From: an uncultured Candidatus Saccharibacteria bacterium
Lineage (GTDB): Bacteria > Patescibacteriota > Minisyncoccia > Phycocordibacterales > WO2-35-19
Direction: 5' to 3'
NCBI GenBank assembly: GCA_964365465.1
Contig: CAYIPT010000003.1
Span: forward strand, 1-42,226
Length of the DNA stretch: 42,226 nucleotides
The notes beneath the pieces are model-generated. The model was given only the letters and a program-made list of their open reading frames with translations. It was not told the origin of the DNA and made no database searches. A program made the translations under genes and the position numbers. Shown one piece after another: positions 18,921-27,904 of the stretch. Numbering within the stretch: the first letter of the stretch is position 1; the number at the start of each line of letters is the position of its first letter.

Positions 18921-19826
18921 ATGGCCCACGAAAGTGTTCTTTTAAAAGAAGCAATAGATGGGCTTGAACTGGAAACGGGAGATGTCTATTTGGACGCGAC
19001 TGTCGGTTCCGGCGGACATTTAGAAGAGGTCTGGCTAAGAATGAAAGAAAGAGTGACGCTTTGCGGAATAGATGCGGATGAAATGTCCGTGGCTATAACC
19101 AAAGAGAAGTTGGATCTTTCAAAAGCCAAATCAAAACTGGCGGTGCTCAATTTTAGGAATATTGATCAAGCACCGGAAATCTTGGACATAAAAAATCCGA
19201 CCAAAATTTTATTTGATCTAGGTTGGAGTTCTGACCAGTTTGATGAGGGCGGAAGAGGATTTAGTTTTAAGAAAGACGAACCTCTACTGATGACTTTCAA
19301 AAGCAGGGTCAGTGAGGAAGATACTACCGCCTACGATGTGGTAAACCGATGGGAGGAGGAAAGTTTGGCCGATGTCATTTATGGATACGGCGAAGAAAAA
19401 TACGCCAGAAGAATCGCCAAGGCCATCGTTGAGACCAGAAAGAAAAAAAAGATTGGGACTTCGGGCGAGCTGGCGGAAATTGTAAAAAAAGCGGTGCCCA
19501 TATTTTACCGCTTTGGCAGAATTCATCCAGCCACCAGAACCTTTCAAGCTATCAGGATAGCGGTCAATGATGAATTGCGGGCTCTGAAAGAAGGTATCAA
19601 AAAGGGGTTTGATATTTTGAAAGAGGGTGGGAGGATAGCCGTGATTTCATTTCATAGCTTGGAAGACAGGATAGTTAAAAATTTTTTTAAATCGCTAGTA
19701 GCTGAAAATAAGGGAGAAATTATAAATAAAAAGCCCATCATACCAAGCGAAGATGAAATAAAAAAGAATCCAAGATCAAGAAGCGCCAAGCTAAGAATCC
19801 TTCGAAAATCTCATGATAAATTATAA
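18921..19826 (+). CDS. rsmH: 16S rRNA m4C1402 methyltransferase
   Basis: HESVLL.E, DATVGSGGH, HPATRTFQAIRIAVN, SFHSLEDRIVK, NPRSRSAKLR. Confidence 0.97.
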   Translation: MAHESVLLKEAIDGLELETGDVYLDATVGSGGHLEEVWLRMKERVTLCGIDADEMSVAITKEKLDLSKAKSKLAVLNFRNIDQAPEILDIKNPTKILFDLGWSSDQFDEGGRGFSFKKDEPLLMTFKSRVSEEDTTAYDVVNRWEEESLADVIYGYGEEKYARRIAKAIVETRKKKKIGTSGELAEIVKKAVPIFYRFGRIHPATRTFQAIRIAVNDELRALKEGIKKGFDILKEGGRIAVISFHSLEDRIVKNFFKSLVAENKGEIINKKPIIPSEDEIKKNPRSRSAKLRILRKSHDKL

Positions 19827-19835
19827 AAAAATAAG

Positions 19836-20162
19836 ATGACTAATTTGATAAAACAAAAAACAGAAGTGTTGATAATGGGTAAGCTTATCAATTATATACT
19901 TTTGGTTTTTATATTTGCCGCCGCTCTCTTCTATGTATATTTTGCAAACACCGCCATTCGTACAGTTACTCTTTTGGAAAAAACTAAAAAAGAAATGAGA
20001 TCTCTAAGTGTGGAGGTGAGCGAAATGGAATCCAAACGGCTTTCTGTGGAAGACGAAATAAATGCGACCAAAGCGGAGCAATTGGGTTTTGTGGCGGTGG
20101 ACCATCCGACTTTTATAATGAAGAGTTCTCAAAAAGCTTCCCTTTCTCTTAAAACAGATTAA
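19836..20162 (+). CDS. ftsL: FtsL-like cell division protein
   Basis: Single TM plus coiled coil ending A..LGF, between rsmH and ftsI. Confidence 0.65.
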   Translation: MTNLIKQKTEVLIMGKLINYILLVFIFAAALFYVYFANTAIRTVTLLEKTKKEMRSLSVEVSEMESKRLSVEDEINATKAEQLGFVAVDHPTFIMKSSQKASLSLKTD

Positions 20163-20171
20163 AATATATAA

Positions 20172-21878
20172 ATGAACGGAAGAATTCGTTTTATATCTGT
20201 TATCATAATTTTGTTGGCGTTGATTATGTCTGTCCGCCTGTATTTTGTCCAGGTTGTGTATGGAAAATTATTTGCTTCCGACGCTGAAAGGCAAAATATA
20301 AACGAGAATACAATTTTATATAACAGAGGGGATATTTATTTTCAAAGCCAAGCGGGGGAAAATGTGCCAGCGGCTATTTCCAGGTCCGGTTTTACTGTTG
20401 CCATTAATCCCCAGATTATAAAAGATTCAGAAGAAATTTATAAAAATTTAAGCCAAGTTCTAGTTTTGGATAAAACGGAATTTTTAAGCAAAGCCGAAAA
20501 GAAAGACGCCAAGTATGAAGAAATCGTAAAACACCTAAATATCGAAACAGCCGATAAAATAAAAACCCTGAATATTTACGGAGTAACCGTATCGACCGAT
20601 AAATGGCGTTTTTATCCCGGCAATAAGCTGGCTTCCCATGTTATCGGTTTTGTGGCTTACAATGAAAATGAACTGGCTGGCCGTTACGGTTTGGAAAGAT
20701 ATTATGAAGATGTTTTGAAAAGAGATCCTGCCAAGGCCTACAATAATTTTTTTACCGATTTTTTTTCAAATGTTAAGGATTCAATAAGCAGCGACCCGCA
20801 GGGAGAGGGAGATATAATAACTTCTATTGAACCATCCACCCAGCTTTTTCTTGAAAACGAACTCCAAAGTGTCAGAGAAAAATGGAGTAGCGACGGAGCC
20901 GGAGGAATAATAATTGATCCGACCAACGGGGAAATAACGGCTATGGCTTGGAATCCTTCTTTTGATCTGAATAATTTTAAAGAAAGCGATGTCAATTTTT
21001 TTGATAATCCGATCGTGGAGGGAGTTTACGAAATGGGTTCTATCATAAAACCTTTAACAATGGTCTCCGGCATTGATTCCGGCACTATCTCGGCCTCCAG
21101 CACTTATTATGATGCCGGCTTTTTATTTTTAAATAACAAACGAATTTCCAACTATGACAATAAAGGCCGAGGTACCGTCAATATGCAGGAGGTTCTGAAT
21201 CAATCTCTCAACACCGGCGCCGCCTTCGTGGCTCTGAAAATGGGCAATGAAAAATTTTCATCATATATAAAAAGTTTTGGCATTGGCACCGAAACTGGCA
21301 TTGACTTGCCGAATGAGGGCCGAGGTCTTATTAAAAATTTGGATAGCGCCAGGGAAATAGAAATGGCAACAGCCGCCTACGGGCAAGGAGTGGCTTTTAC
21401 TCCCATTGCTACCGTCAGGGCCCTTTCTGTTTTGGCCAACGGAGGCACTTTGATAACTCCCCATATAGTTAAAAAAATAGAGTATCAAAACGGCCTCTCC
21501 AAAAAAATATTCTTTGATCCAGGAAAACAAGTTATAAAAAAAGAAACTTCGGAAGAAATAACCAGAATGCTGGTTAATGTTGTTGACAAAGCTCTGAGGA
21601 ACGGAACCGCTAAAATTCCCGGCTACTCGGTGGCCGCTAAAACAGGCACTGCCCAGATGACAGAAGAGGGCAAAGTTGGCGGTTATGTGGAAGGAAAATA
21701 TTTACATTCTTTCTTCGGTTATTTTCCCGCTTACCAACCAAAATTTTTGGTCTTCCTTTTTCATATTTATCCTAAAAATGTCCAATATGCTTCTGAAACC
21801 TTGACCGATCCCTTCCTTAACATAACCAAATTTCTCATCAACTATTACCAAATTCCTCCCGACCGGCCGGAAAATTAA
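20172..21878 (+). CDS. ftsI: Class B penicillin-binding protein, FtsI-like
   Basis: R.YP, YEMGSIIK (SxxK), SLN, KTGTAQ; dcw position. Confidence 0.85.
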   Translation: MNGRIRFISVIIILLALIMSVRLYFVQVVYGKLFASDAERQNINENTILYNRGDIYFQSQAGENVPAAISRSGFTVAINPQIIKDSEEIYKNLSQVLVLDKTEFLSKAEKKDAKYEEIVKHLNIETADKIKTLNIYGVTVSTDKWRFYPGNKLASHVIGFVAYNENELAGRYGLERYYEDVLKRDPAKAYNNFFTDFFSNVKDSISSDPQGEGDIITSIEPSTQLFLENELQSVREKWSSDGAGGIIIDPTNGEITAMAWNPSFDLNNFKESDVNFFDNPIVEGVYEMGSIIKPLTMVSGIDSGTISASSTYYDAGFLFLNNKRISNYDNKGRGTVNMQEVLNQSLNTGAAFVALKMGNEKFSSYIKSFGIGTETGIDLPNEGRGLIKNLDSAREIEMATAAYGQGVAFTPIATVRALSVLANGGTLITPHIVKKIEYQNGLSKKIFFDPGKQVIKKETSEEITRMLVNVVDKALRNGTAKIPGYSVAAKTGTAQMTEEGKVGGYVEGKYLHSFFGYFPAYQPKFLVFLFHIYPKNVQYASETLTDPFLNITKFLINYYQIPPDRPEN

Positions 21879-21918
21879 AAAGTATAAAATGAAAATTTTG
21901 TGTTATATTTTACCAATA

Positions 21919-21990
21919 GGCCTCATCGTCTAACGGTTAGGACATTGCCTTCTCAAGGCAAGAATCGGGGTCCGATTCCCCGTGAGGTCA
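21919..21990 (+). tRNA. tRNA-Glu(CTC), CCA not encoded
   Basis: Acceptor GGCCTCA/TGAGGTC; anticodon arm TTGCC-TTCTCAA-GGCAA; T arm CGGGG-TCCGATT-CCCCG. Confidence 0.93.
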
Positions 21991-22020
21991 TTTTTTCAAA
22001 TTACACCACACTTCTTAAAA

Positions 22021-22039
22021 CTCAAAGGGCGCCTTTGAG
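22021..22039 (+). terminator. Hairpin after tRNA-Glu (terminator or REP-like unit)
   Basis: CTCAAAGG-GCG-CCTTTGAG. Confidence 0.45.
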
Positions 22040-22116
22040 ATTCTTTATACACAGATGCTATTTCATTACAAAAAATCCGTTGTATAATTTAACCATTAAT
22101 AATTAATAATAATTTT

Positions 22117-22329
22117 ATGAAAAAAGTAGCGCATTGGCTTTTGGTAGTTGGGGGCCTGAACTGGCTCCTAGTCGGTCTTTTGAGTTGGGACATAGGGGAA
22201 TTGTTTGGTGGGCAAGGGGAGATTATTTCAAGGATTATTTATGTTCTTGTTGGTCTTTCCGCTTTTGTCTGTTTGAAAGAATCTTGCTGCGGTCATGATC
22301 ACTCCGCGCCCTCTTCTCCTCAGATGTAA
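22117..22329 (+). CDS. DUF378-family small membrane protein
   Basis: LLVVGGLNWLLVG...SRIIYVLVGLSA. Confidence 0.85.
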   Translation: MKKVAHWLLVVGGLNWLLVGLLSWDIGELFGGQGEIISRIIYVLVGLSAFVCLKESCCGHDHSAPSSPQM

Positions 22330-22349
22330 TTTTTTCCTCGAGTTAATTC

Positions 22350-22553
22350 TAACTCCCCAAACCTAACCCCCTAAATCCCCCTTAATTTAAGGGGGAACTT
22401 ATAGAGTGCTTCGCACACTTTTTATTTAAAAAAGAAAGCTGCCCATTTCTAGACAGCCTGGGATTATACTCGATTTAATCTTCTGTATATTTTTTCTAGC
22501 ACCATAGCCTATCCACAAATCCCCTCTTAATTTAAGAGGGGTTTGGGGAGTTA
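22350..22553. repeat. Intergenic element bounded by 14-bp inverted repeats, with two internal palindromes
   Basis: TAACTCCCCAAACC / GGTTTGGGGAGTTA; CCCCCTTAATTTAAGGGGG and CCCCTCTTAATTTAAGAGGGG. Confidence 0.6.
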
Positions 22554-22570
22554 TGTTATAATTAAATAAA

Positions 22571-25318
22571 ATGGAATTTCCTCTGCCAAAAACTCCTTTC
22601 AAAAACACGGAAGATGAGATAACTCATTTGCGCCGTTTAATTGCCGAAAAGGAAAGAGCGCTGGAAAATATAGGCCTTAAAAAAGAATCTCTAGCGCCAA
22701 CCAGAGAAACTTTGGCGGAATATAAAACAGTGCCGGCCGGCGCGACTCTTCATCCGGAATATGAAATAAAAAAAGAAGAATTAGAAAAAATAGTCCTTAA
22801 ACTTTTTCCCGAAGAACATGATAAGCAAATCTCGGAGCTGGTTTTGCTGGCCAAAGAAAAAGGCATAAAAAATGCCCTTTCAGTGGTTGAAAAAATGGCA
22901 AATTTTCATATTACGGATGATTTTCACAGATTTATGGCCGAATATTTAAAAGAAGGATTCACCATACCGGGGCTGAATGTAAAAGAAAAAATTTCAAAGG
23001 GGCTCAATATGGCTTTGTATGAAATTTTAATACAGGAGGAAAGTGAAAAAGATAATATTAAAAATACTTTGGAAGAGGTGATTTCGGGCATGGAGCAATT
23101 TTATGCCGGTATGCTTTCCATTGCCGATTCGGATAAGCGCGAAGAAAGCTGGATGTCTTTGGAAATTGCCAATGCCAATTTTTCCCAAGAAATAGTTTTT
23201 TACGCAGCCGTGCCGAGCGCCCGCAAAAATCTTTTTGAAAAGCAAATTTTATCAATTTTTCATAACGCCAAAATTGCAGAAAAACCGGATGATTATAATA
23301 TTTTCAACGAAACCGGTCACACTGCCGGCGTCCGCGCCTCTTTTACAAAAAACCCCATTTATCCCCTGAAGACCTATGAAAGTTTTATGCACGATCCTCT
23401 CAATGTCATTCTTTCTTCATTTTCAAAAGTGAATAGAGACGGCGAAGGAGCCGCCATCCAGCTTATTTGGTCGCCGGCAGGAGAAAAATATGTCAAAAGA
23501 TACAAGAGCGCTTTGGATAAAATCCAAAAGGGCGCGCCTCTCAAAGAGGCCATAGACATACCCGATAGCATATCGGGAGAAGTTCTGCATACTTTCAAAG
23601 ATCTTTTCTCGTCTTCCAAAAAGAAAGACGAAAAGGGGGAAGAGAAAAAATCGGAACCCATTGATCAGGGAGCGGTAGAAGAAATAAAAAATAAAATCTC
23701 GGCGCCCATAGTATTATGCAATTTGCGTTTGCTGGCATCATCCGGCACCAAAGAGGAAGCGGAAGAAATATTAAGTTCCCTTAAATCAAGCTTCAATCAG
23801 TTTGATAACACTCTAGGCAACGCCTTAGAGTGGAAAAAAGAAGAAAAGGGGGGATTGAGAAATTTGGTCAGAAATTTCAGTTTCCGCATTTTTGACAATA
23901 ATAACGCTTTGCCAATGAATTTGAGAGAAGTCACTTCCATTATGCATTTTCACACCAAAGCGCTCTCTGCTTCCGAGGGTTTGCGTCAATCAAGGTCGGC
24001 AACCGCGCCAGCGCCTCTTGATATTGCCAAAGAAGGAATTTTGCTTGGCGTAAACAACCACAAAAATATAAATACAGAAATAAGAATGTCGGAAGACGGC
24101 GATCGCCTCAGACATTTTTATTGCATAGGCCAGACTGGCACCGGTAAAACCTCTTTGATTAGAGAAATGATAATTCAAGATATGAAAATGGGTCATGGAG
24201 TTTGTATGATTGACCCGCATGGCTCCGACCTTCAGCAGGTAATGGCCAATGTGCCGCCAGAGCGCTTTGACGATGTCATTTATTTTGATCCAGCTTACAC
24301 GGCGCGGCCTATGGCTCTCAATATGCTTGAATATGACGAAAATTTTCCGGAACAAAAGACATTTGTGGTTAATGAGCTTTTCAGCATTTTCAGAAAACTT
24401 TATGGCGCTATACCGGAATCAATGGGTCCCGCTTTTGAGCAATATTTCAGAAACTCGGCTCTTCTGGTGATGGATGATCCGACCTCGGGCAACACTTTGG
24501 TTGATATGTCTCGGGTTCTTTCAAATAAGCCATACAGAGACCTTAAAATATCAAAATGCAAAAATCCTCTGGTTAAGCAGTTTTGGGTCAATGCCGAAAA
24601 AACCACGGGCGAACAGGGTTTGGCCAATTATGTCCAATATGTAACCAATAAATTTGATGTCTTCCTGGCCAACGATATTATGCGGCCGGTTATTGCCCAG
24701 GAAAAATCATCCTTCAATTTTCGCGACATTATGGATAACAAAAAAATACTTTTGGTTAATCTTTCCAAGGGGCGGCTGGGAGATATAAACGCCAATCTTA
24801 TCGGTTTGGTTTTGGTTGGCAAAATTCTTATCGCCGCTCTTTCGCGCACCGATTCCTTCGGCAAGGACTTTCCGCCTTTTTATTTATACATAGATGAATT
24901 TCACAATATAACCACCGATTCCATTTCCACCATTCTTTCCGAAGCAAGAAAATATAAACTTTCTCTTATAATTGCCCATCAATTTATTGCCCAACTGGAA
25001 GAGGGGATTAAAAATTCGGTTTTTGGCAATGTCGGTTCAATTTGCGCTTTTAGAGTGGGCGCCGAGGACTCCGAAGTTTTGGAAAGTCAATTTGCTCCCG
25101 TTTTTTCCGCCAGTGATTTGATGAATATAGACAATCTTAACGCTTATTTGCGGCTTATGGTAAATGGCAAACCGGCAAAACCTTTTAATATAAAAATACC
25201 TCCATGGTCGCAAGGGAACAGCGAACAAGTAGAAAAACTGAAAGAGATGTCTTATATAAAATACGGCAAACCCCGCGAGGAAGTTGAAAAACTTATTTTG
25301 GAGAAATATAAAATATAA
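22571..25318 (+). CDS. TrwB/TraD/HerA-FtsK superfamily P-loop ATPase (coupling-protein-like)
   Basis: GQTGTGKT, IDPHG, LYIDEFHN, SEARKY.LSLIIAHQ, FGNVGS..AFRVG.ED. Confidence 0.85.
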   Translation: MEFPLPKTPFKNTEDEITHLRRLIAEKERALENIGLKKESLAPTRETLAEYKTVPAGATLHPEYEIKKEELEKIVLKLFPEEHDKQISELVLLAKEKGIKNALSVVEKMANFHITDDFHRFMAEYLKEGFTIPGLNVKEKISKGLNMALYEILIQEESEKDNIKNTLEEVISGMEQFYAGMLSIADSDKREESWMSLEIANANFSQEIVFYAAVPSARKNLFEKQILSIFHNAKIAEKPDDYNIFNETGHTAGVRASFTKNPIYPLKTYESFMHDPLNVILSSFSKVNRDGEGAAIQLIWSPAGEKYVKRYKSALDKIQKGAPLKEAIDIPDSISGEVLHTFKDLFSSSKKKDEKGEEKKSEPIDQGAVEEIKNKISAPIVLCNLRLLASSGTKEEAEEILSSLKSSFNQFDNTLGNALEWKKEEKGGLRNLVRNFSFRIFDNNNALPMNLREVTSIMHFHTKALSASEGLRQSRSATAPAPLDIAKEGILLGVNNHKNINTEIRMSEDGDRLRHFYCIGQTGTGKTSLIREMIIQDMKMGHGVCMIDPHGSDLQQVMANVPPERFDDVIYFDPAYTARPMALNMLEYDENFPEQKTFVVNELFSIFRKLYGAIPESMGPAFEQYFRNSALLVMDDPTSGNTLVDMSRVLSNKPYRDLKISKCKNPLVKQFWVNAEKTTGEQGLANYVQYVTNKFDVFLANDIMRPVIAQEKSSFNFRDIMDNKKILLVNLSKGRLGDINANLIGLVLVGKILIAALSRTDSFGKDFPPFYLYIDEFHNITTDSISTILSEARKYKLSLIIAHQFIAQLEEGIKNSVFGNVGSICAFRVGAEDSEVLESQFAPVFSASDLMNIDNLNAYLRLMVNGKPAKPFNIKIPPWSQGNSEQVEKLKEMSYIKYGKPREEVEKLILEKYKI

Positions 25319-25329
25319 AAAACGCCCGG

Positions 25330-25569
25330 CTAGCGAACGATGCTAGCCGGGGTAGAGCGATGAATATTGGGCAGAACAAGCTGATTGGGGTGCTTTTCTC
25401 TCCGCGCCCTCAAGATGCTCCCCACTCCGATCCTGACTTGGTGAAATAGTTCAGGGTCAAAATCTGACTTGCGGAACGCTATGCCGAATGCATTCCCAAA
25501 GCCAACCCCTGTTCTCACCAGCTCAGCAACGGAATTAGACAAAGAGAATAACTCTTTTTCGTAATCCAT
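25330..25569 (-). CDS. Hypothetical 79-aa protein
   Basis: ATG 11 nt downstream of a consensus -10 box; fills the intergenic gap; ends in the hairpin CCCGGCTAGC/GCTAGCCGGG. Confidence 0.55.
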   Translation of the reverse strand: MDYEKELFSLSNSVAELVRTGVGFGNAFGIAFRKSDFDPELFHQVRIGVGSILRARREKHPNQLVLPNIHRSTPASIVR

Positions 25570-25580
25570 ATCTACTTTCT

Positions 25581-25608
25581 ATTATACCATATCAACATTT
25601 TCTGTCAA
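25581..25608 (-). promoter_or_regulatory. Consensus sigma70 promoter with extended -10
   Basis: Minus strand TTGACA-N16-TATAAT with TGn before the -10; DnaA-type box TGTGGATAA at 25616-25624. Confidence 0.7.
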
Positions 25609-25760
25609 ATAGAAATGTGGATAACTCGCTACTAAACGCTGAGCGTCTAGTATAAAATAAAGACAGGTTTTATTATTAATAATCCCGATTTCCGTTTAGG
25701 AAATCGAGGATCCACGATAAATATAAAAAATTATTATTTATCGGGATTAATCTTAACATT

Positions 25761-26012
25761 ATGGATTGGCAAAGTTTTGTTACTCCCGCAGATCCTCCGT
25801 TTTTTGCGGGAGCTGTGGGATTGGTGTTGGCGGTTGTGATTTTGTGGTCGTTGGTTTGGAAGGGTATGGCCCTTTGGAAAGCGGCCCAAAAAAGAAGCAA
25901 AGTTTGGTTTGTTGTTTTGCTTCTTGTCAATACTGTCGGCATTCTGGATATTCTGTATTTGTATGTATTTAGCAAGAAATCCGGCCAATCGGTTGAAGGG
26001 CCGAGAATGTAA
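25761..26012 (+). CDS. DUF5652-like small membrane protein
   Basis: WSLVWKGMALWKAA....K.WFVVLLLVNTVGIL.ILY. Confidence 0.85.
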   Translation: MDWQSFVTPADPPFFAGAVGLVLAVVILWSLVWKGMALWKAAQKRSKVWFVVLLLVNTVGILDILYLYVFSKKSGQSVEGPRM

Positions 26013-26045
26013 ATAAAAAATTGCCCCGCGCGAGCGGGGCAATTC

Positions 26046-26119
26046 GGGCCTGTAGCTCAGCTGGCTAGAGCGCTGCTATGGCATAGCAGAGGTCGCCCGT
26101 TCGAACCGGGTCAGGTCCA
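26046..26119 (+). tRNA. tRNA-Ala(GGC); probable integration site
   Basis: Acceptor GGGCCTG/CAGGTCC with G3.U70; anticodon arm CTGCT-ATGGCAT-AGCAG (A32-U38); T arm GCCCG-TTCGAAC-CGGGT. Confidence 0.95.
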
Positions 26120-27692
26120 CATCGTCGGAATTAGAGACAGCAAACTGCTCAAATAACCTTGTGTAGCTTTGTATTTTATCGGTTCGATAACCTTCTTTTT
26201 GGTCATACCACAATTTTTCCTCAAAGATAAAGAAAAACATCTTATGTTTTTCAACCAAAGGCAATTTTTTCCAAACAACATATGGACTTTTTAGAAAATT
26301 GGTAGATTTATCCAATGCAGTTCGATAAGGGATTGAATAGTCAGTTTTTCCAATAAGCTGATCGTCCAATATTTCTATTTTGTTTAAGATTTCTTTCAGT
26401 TGGCCTTTATATGCCCGAGTTAACTGATCATCAGTTGAATTAACGATAAGATCTGTGAGCCTCTTTGTTTTTTCTTCAAGAAGGGCTTTCTCTTGTTTTT
26501 TCTCCATATCTCTCTCTACAAACGCAGATATTTCTTGCTTCCATGTTCGGTCAAAAACCAGTTTAACCACATCGCCCACGTTTTTCTTGAGCTTTTGTTG
26601 TTTTATGATTGTATCAAGCTTTTTTTCTACATCGTCTCCAAACAATGATTTTCTGTACATCTTGCAGTCCCTATTCTGACAAAAGTAGTATGGGCGCTTG
26701 TACAATCCTTTGTTTTTCGTTGTTGTGGCCCCCGTAAGATGTTTACCACAACAGGCACACACGATTAAACCTCTGGCCGGAAATTCATCTGTGATATCCT
26801 TCCTTATCCTTTTACCCGTCAATTCATTGTTTAATCTTTTTTGATTTAACTCGAAAGTTTCAGCTGAGATTATAGCTTCGTGGTGGCCTTTTCTACGAGA
26901 TACTTCCCAAGGCAGATATTCAATGTCACCCATATAGAAGGGGTCTTTTAGCATGCTGGTAAATTCATCCGTATACTTTTCGGGATATTTTCCTTTCCAA
27001 AATCCTTTTTCCATAAGATATCTACATCCGTCAACCCTTCTTATAAAATTACCAGTGGAAAAACTTTCCAAGGCGTGCCTGATAATCGGGGCCTCTTTTT
27101 TGTTGGGAACAGCCAGAGTTCCGCATTTAGGATCTTTCACCATTTCATATCCTCTTTTGGCTACGAAAGCCCAATACCCTAACTCTAGGCGGGCTTTTGT
27201 TTTTTGAATAACTTGCCTTCTGTTTTGATGTCTTTCCAGTTCAGCTTGCGCCGCCATGATAGTCTCTACAAATCGTCCCTCATCGCTTTCATCAAATTGG
27301 AAATTTAAACATTTCAAAACCACATCCCTTGCTTTAAATACCGCTCTAAGTTTTAGATGAAATTCGGTATCTCTAGCAAATCTTTTTAGATCGTCGAATA
27401 TAACCAAGAACTTTTTATGGGGATTTGCGTCTATATAGGCGAGCATCTCTCTCATTGCCGGTCTTTTCATAAAGTCACCACCCCCGGAGTAGCTGTCTCT
27501 GAAAGATCGTTTGTAAGTTACTTGAATAGAATTGAGTTCCTTGACGCATCTCCCTTCCTGGGTTTGCAATCCAGTGCCGTCAATTTCCTGTCTTTTACTC
27601 GATACGCGGGCGTATACTAAACCCTCCATACCTTCATAAGGATTTTCTATCTTAGACTTCTGGGTTATTTGGCTGTTTGCTTTGAACGACAT
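26076..27692 (-). CDS. Large serine recombinase (resolvase, recombinase, Zn-ribbon and coiled-coil domains)
   Basis: YARVSS..Q catalytic motif, SGG....RP, DDLKRFAR, HEAIIS.ETF, CACC...YYFC....C. Confidence 0.93.
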   Translation of the reverse strand: MSFKANSQITQKSKIENPYEGMEGLVYARVSSKRQEIDGTGLQTQEGRCVKELNSIQVTYKRSFRDSYSGGGDFMKRPAMREMLAYIDANPHKKFLVIFDDLKRFARDTEFHLKLRAVFKARDVVLKCLNFQFDESDEGRFVETIMAAQAELERHQNRRQVIQKTKARLELGYWAFVAKRGYEMVKDPKCGTLAVPNKKEAPIIRHALESFSTGNFIRRVDGCRYLMEKGFWKGKYPEKYTDEFTSMLKDPFYMGDIEYLPWEVSRRKGHHEAIISAETFELNQKRLNNELTGKRIRKDITDEFPARGLIVCACCGKHLTGATTTKNKGLYKRPYYFCQNRDCKMYRKSLFGDDVEKKLDTIIKQQKLKKNVGDVVKLVFDRTWKQEISAFVERDMEKKQEKALLEEKTKRLTDLIVNSTDDQLTRAYKGQLKEILNKIEILDDQLIGKTDYSIPYRTALDKSTNFLKSPYVVWKKLPLVEKHKMFFFIFEEKLWYDQKEGYRTDKIQSYTRLFEQFAVSNSDDVDLTRFERATSAMP

Positions 27693-27822
27693 AATTTTCC
27701 AACTCGATTTTTATTATATTCCTACAAAACGCTTCCAGATATTCAATTCGTTTTTTGATTTGGTCATCAGAACTACTGAAATCATTGAGTATTTTGCGAT
27801 ACTCATCAATGGTAACAACCAT
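27652..27822 (-). CDS. Unannotated 56-aa protein immediately upstream of the recombinase
   Basis: Manual translation MVVTIDEYRKILNDFSSSDDQIKKRIEYLEAFCRNIIKIELENYVVQSKQPNNPEV*; overlaps the recombinase start. Confidence 0.65.
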   Translation of the reverse strand: MVVTIDEYRKILNDFSSSDDQIKKRIEYLEAFCRNIIKIELENYVVQSKQPNNPEV

Positions 27823-27904
27823 CTGATTCTATTGTTGCGACTTTGTTTCAGTTTTTCCTGATAACTCATGTTAGTTCTCTTAATGCTTCGGTTTTTCCCG
27901 ATAG

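Noticed and set aside
21900-22106. 68-aa ORF
   Set aside because: Overlaps tRNA-Glu on the same strand.
447-25228. Many 60-180 aa ORFs antisense to or nested in housekeeping genes
   Set aside because: Shadow frames of well-supported genes with no recognisable motifs.
22571-25318. Conjugative type IV secretion system
   Set aside because: Only a lone coupling-protein-like ATPase; no relaxase, VirB4 or pilus genes in the window.
1-26000. Alternative genetic code (TGA as Gly/Trp)
   Set aside because: Core genes are full length under the standard code, and rseP and lysS end at TGA at the expected positions.
25676-26042. Two minus-strand ORFs of 99 and 102 aa
   Set aside because: Antisense to the DUF5652-like gene.
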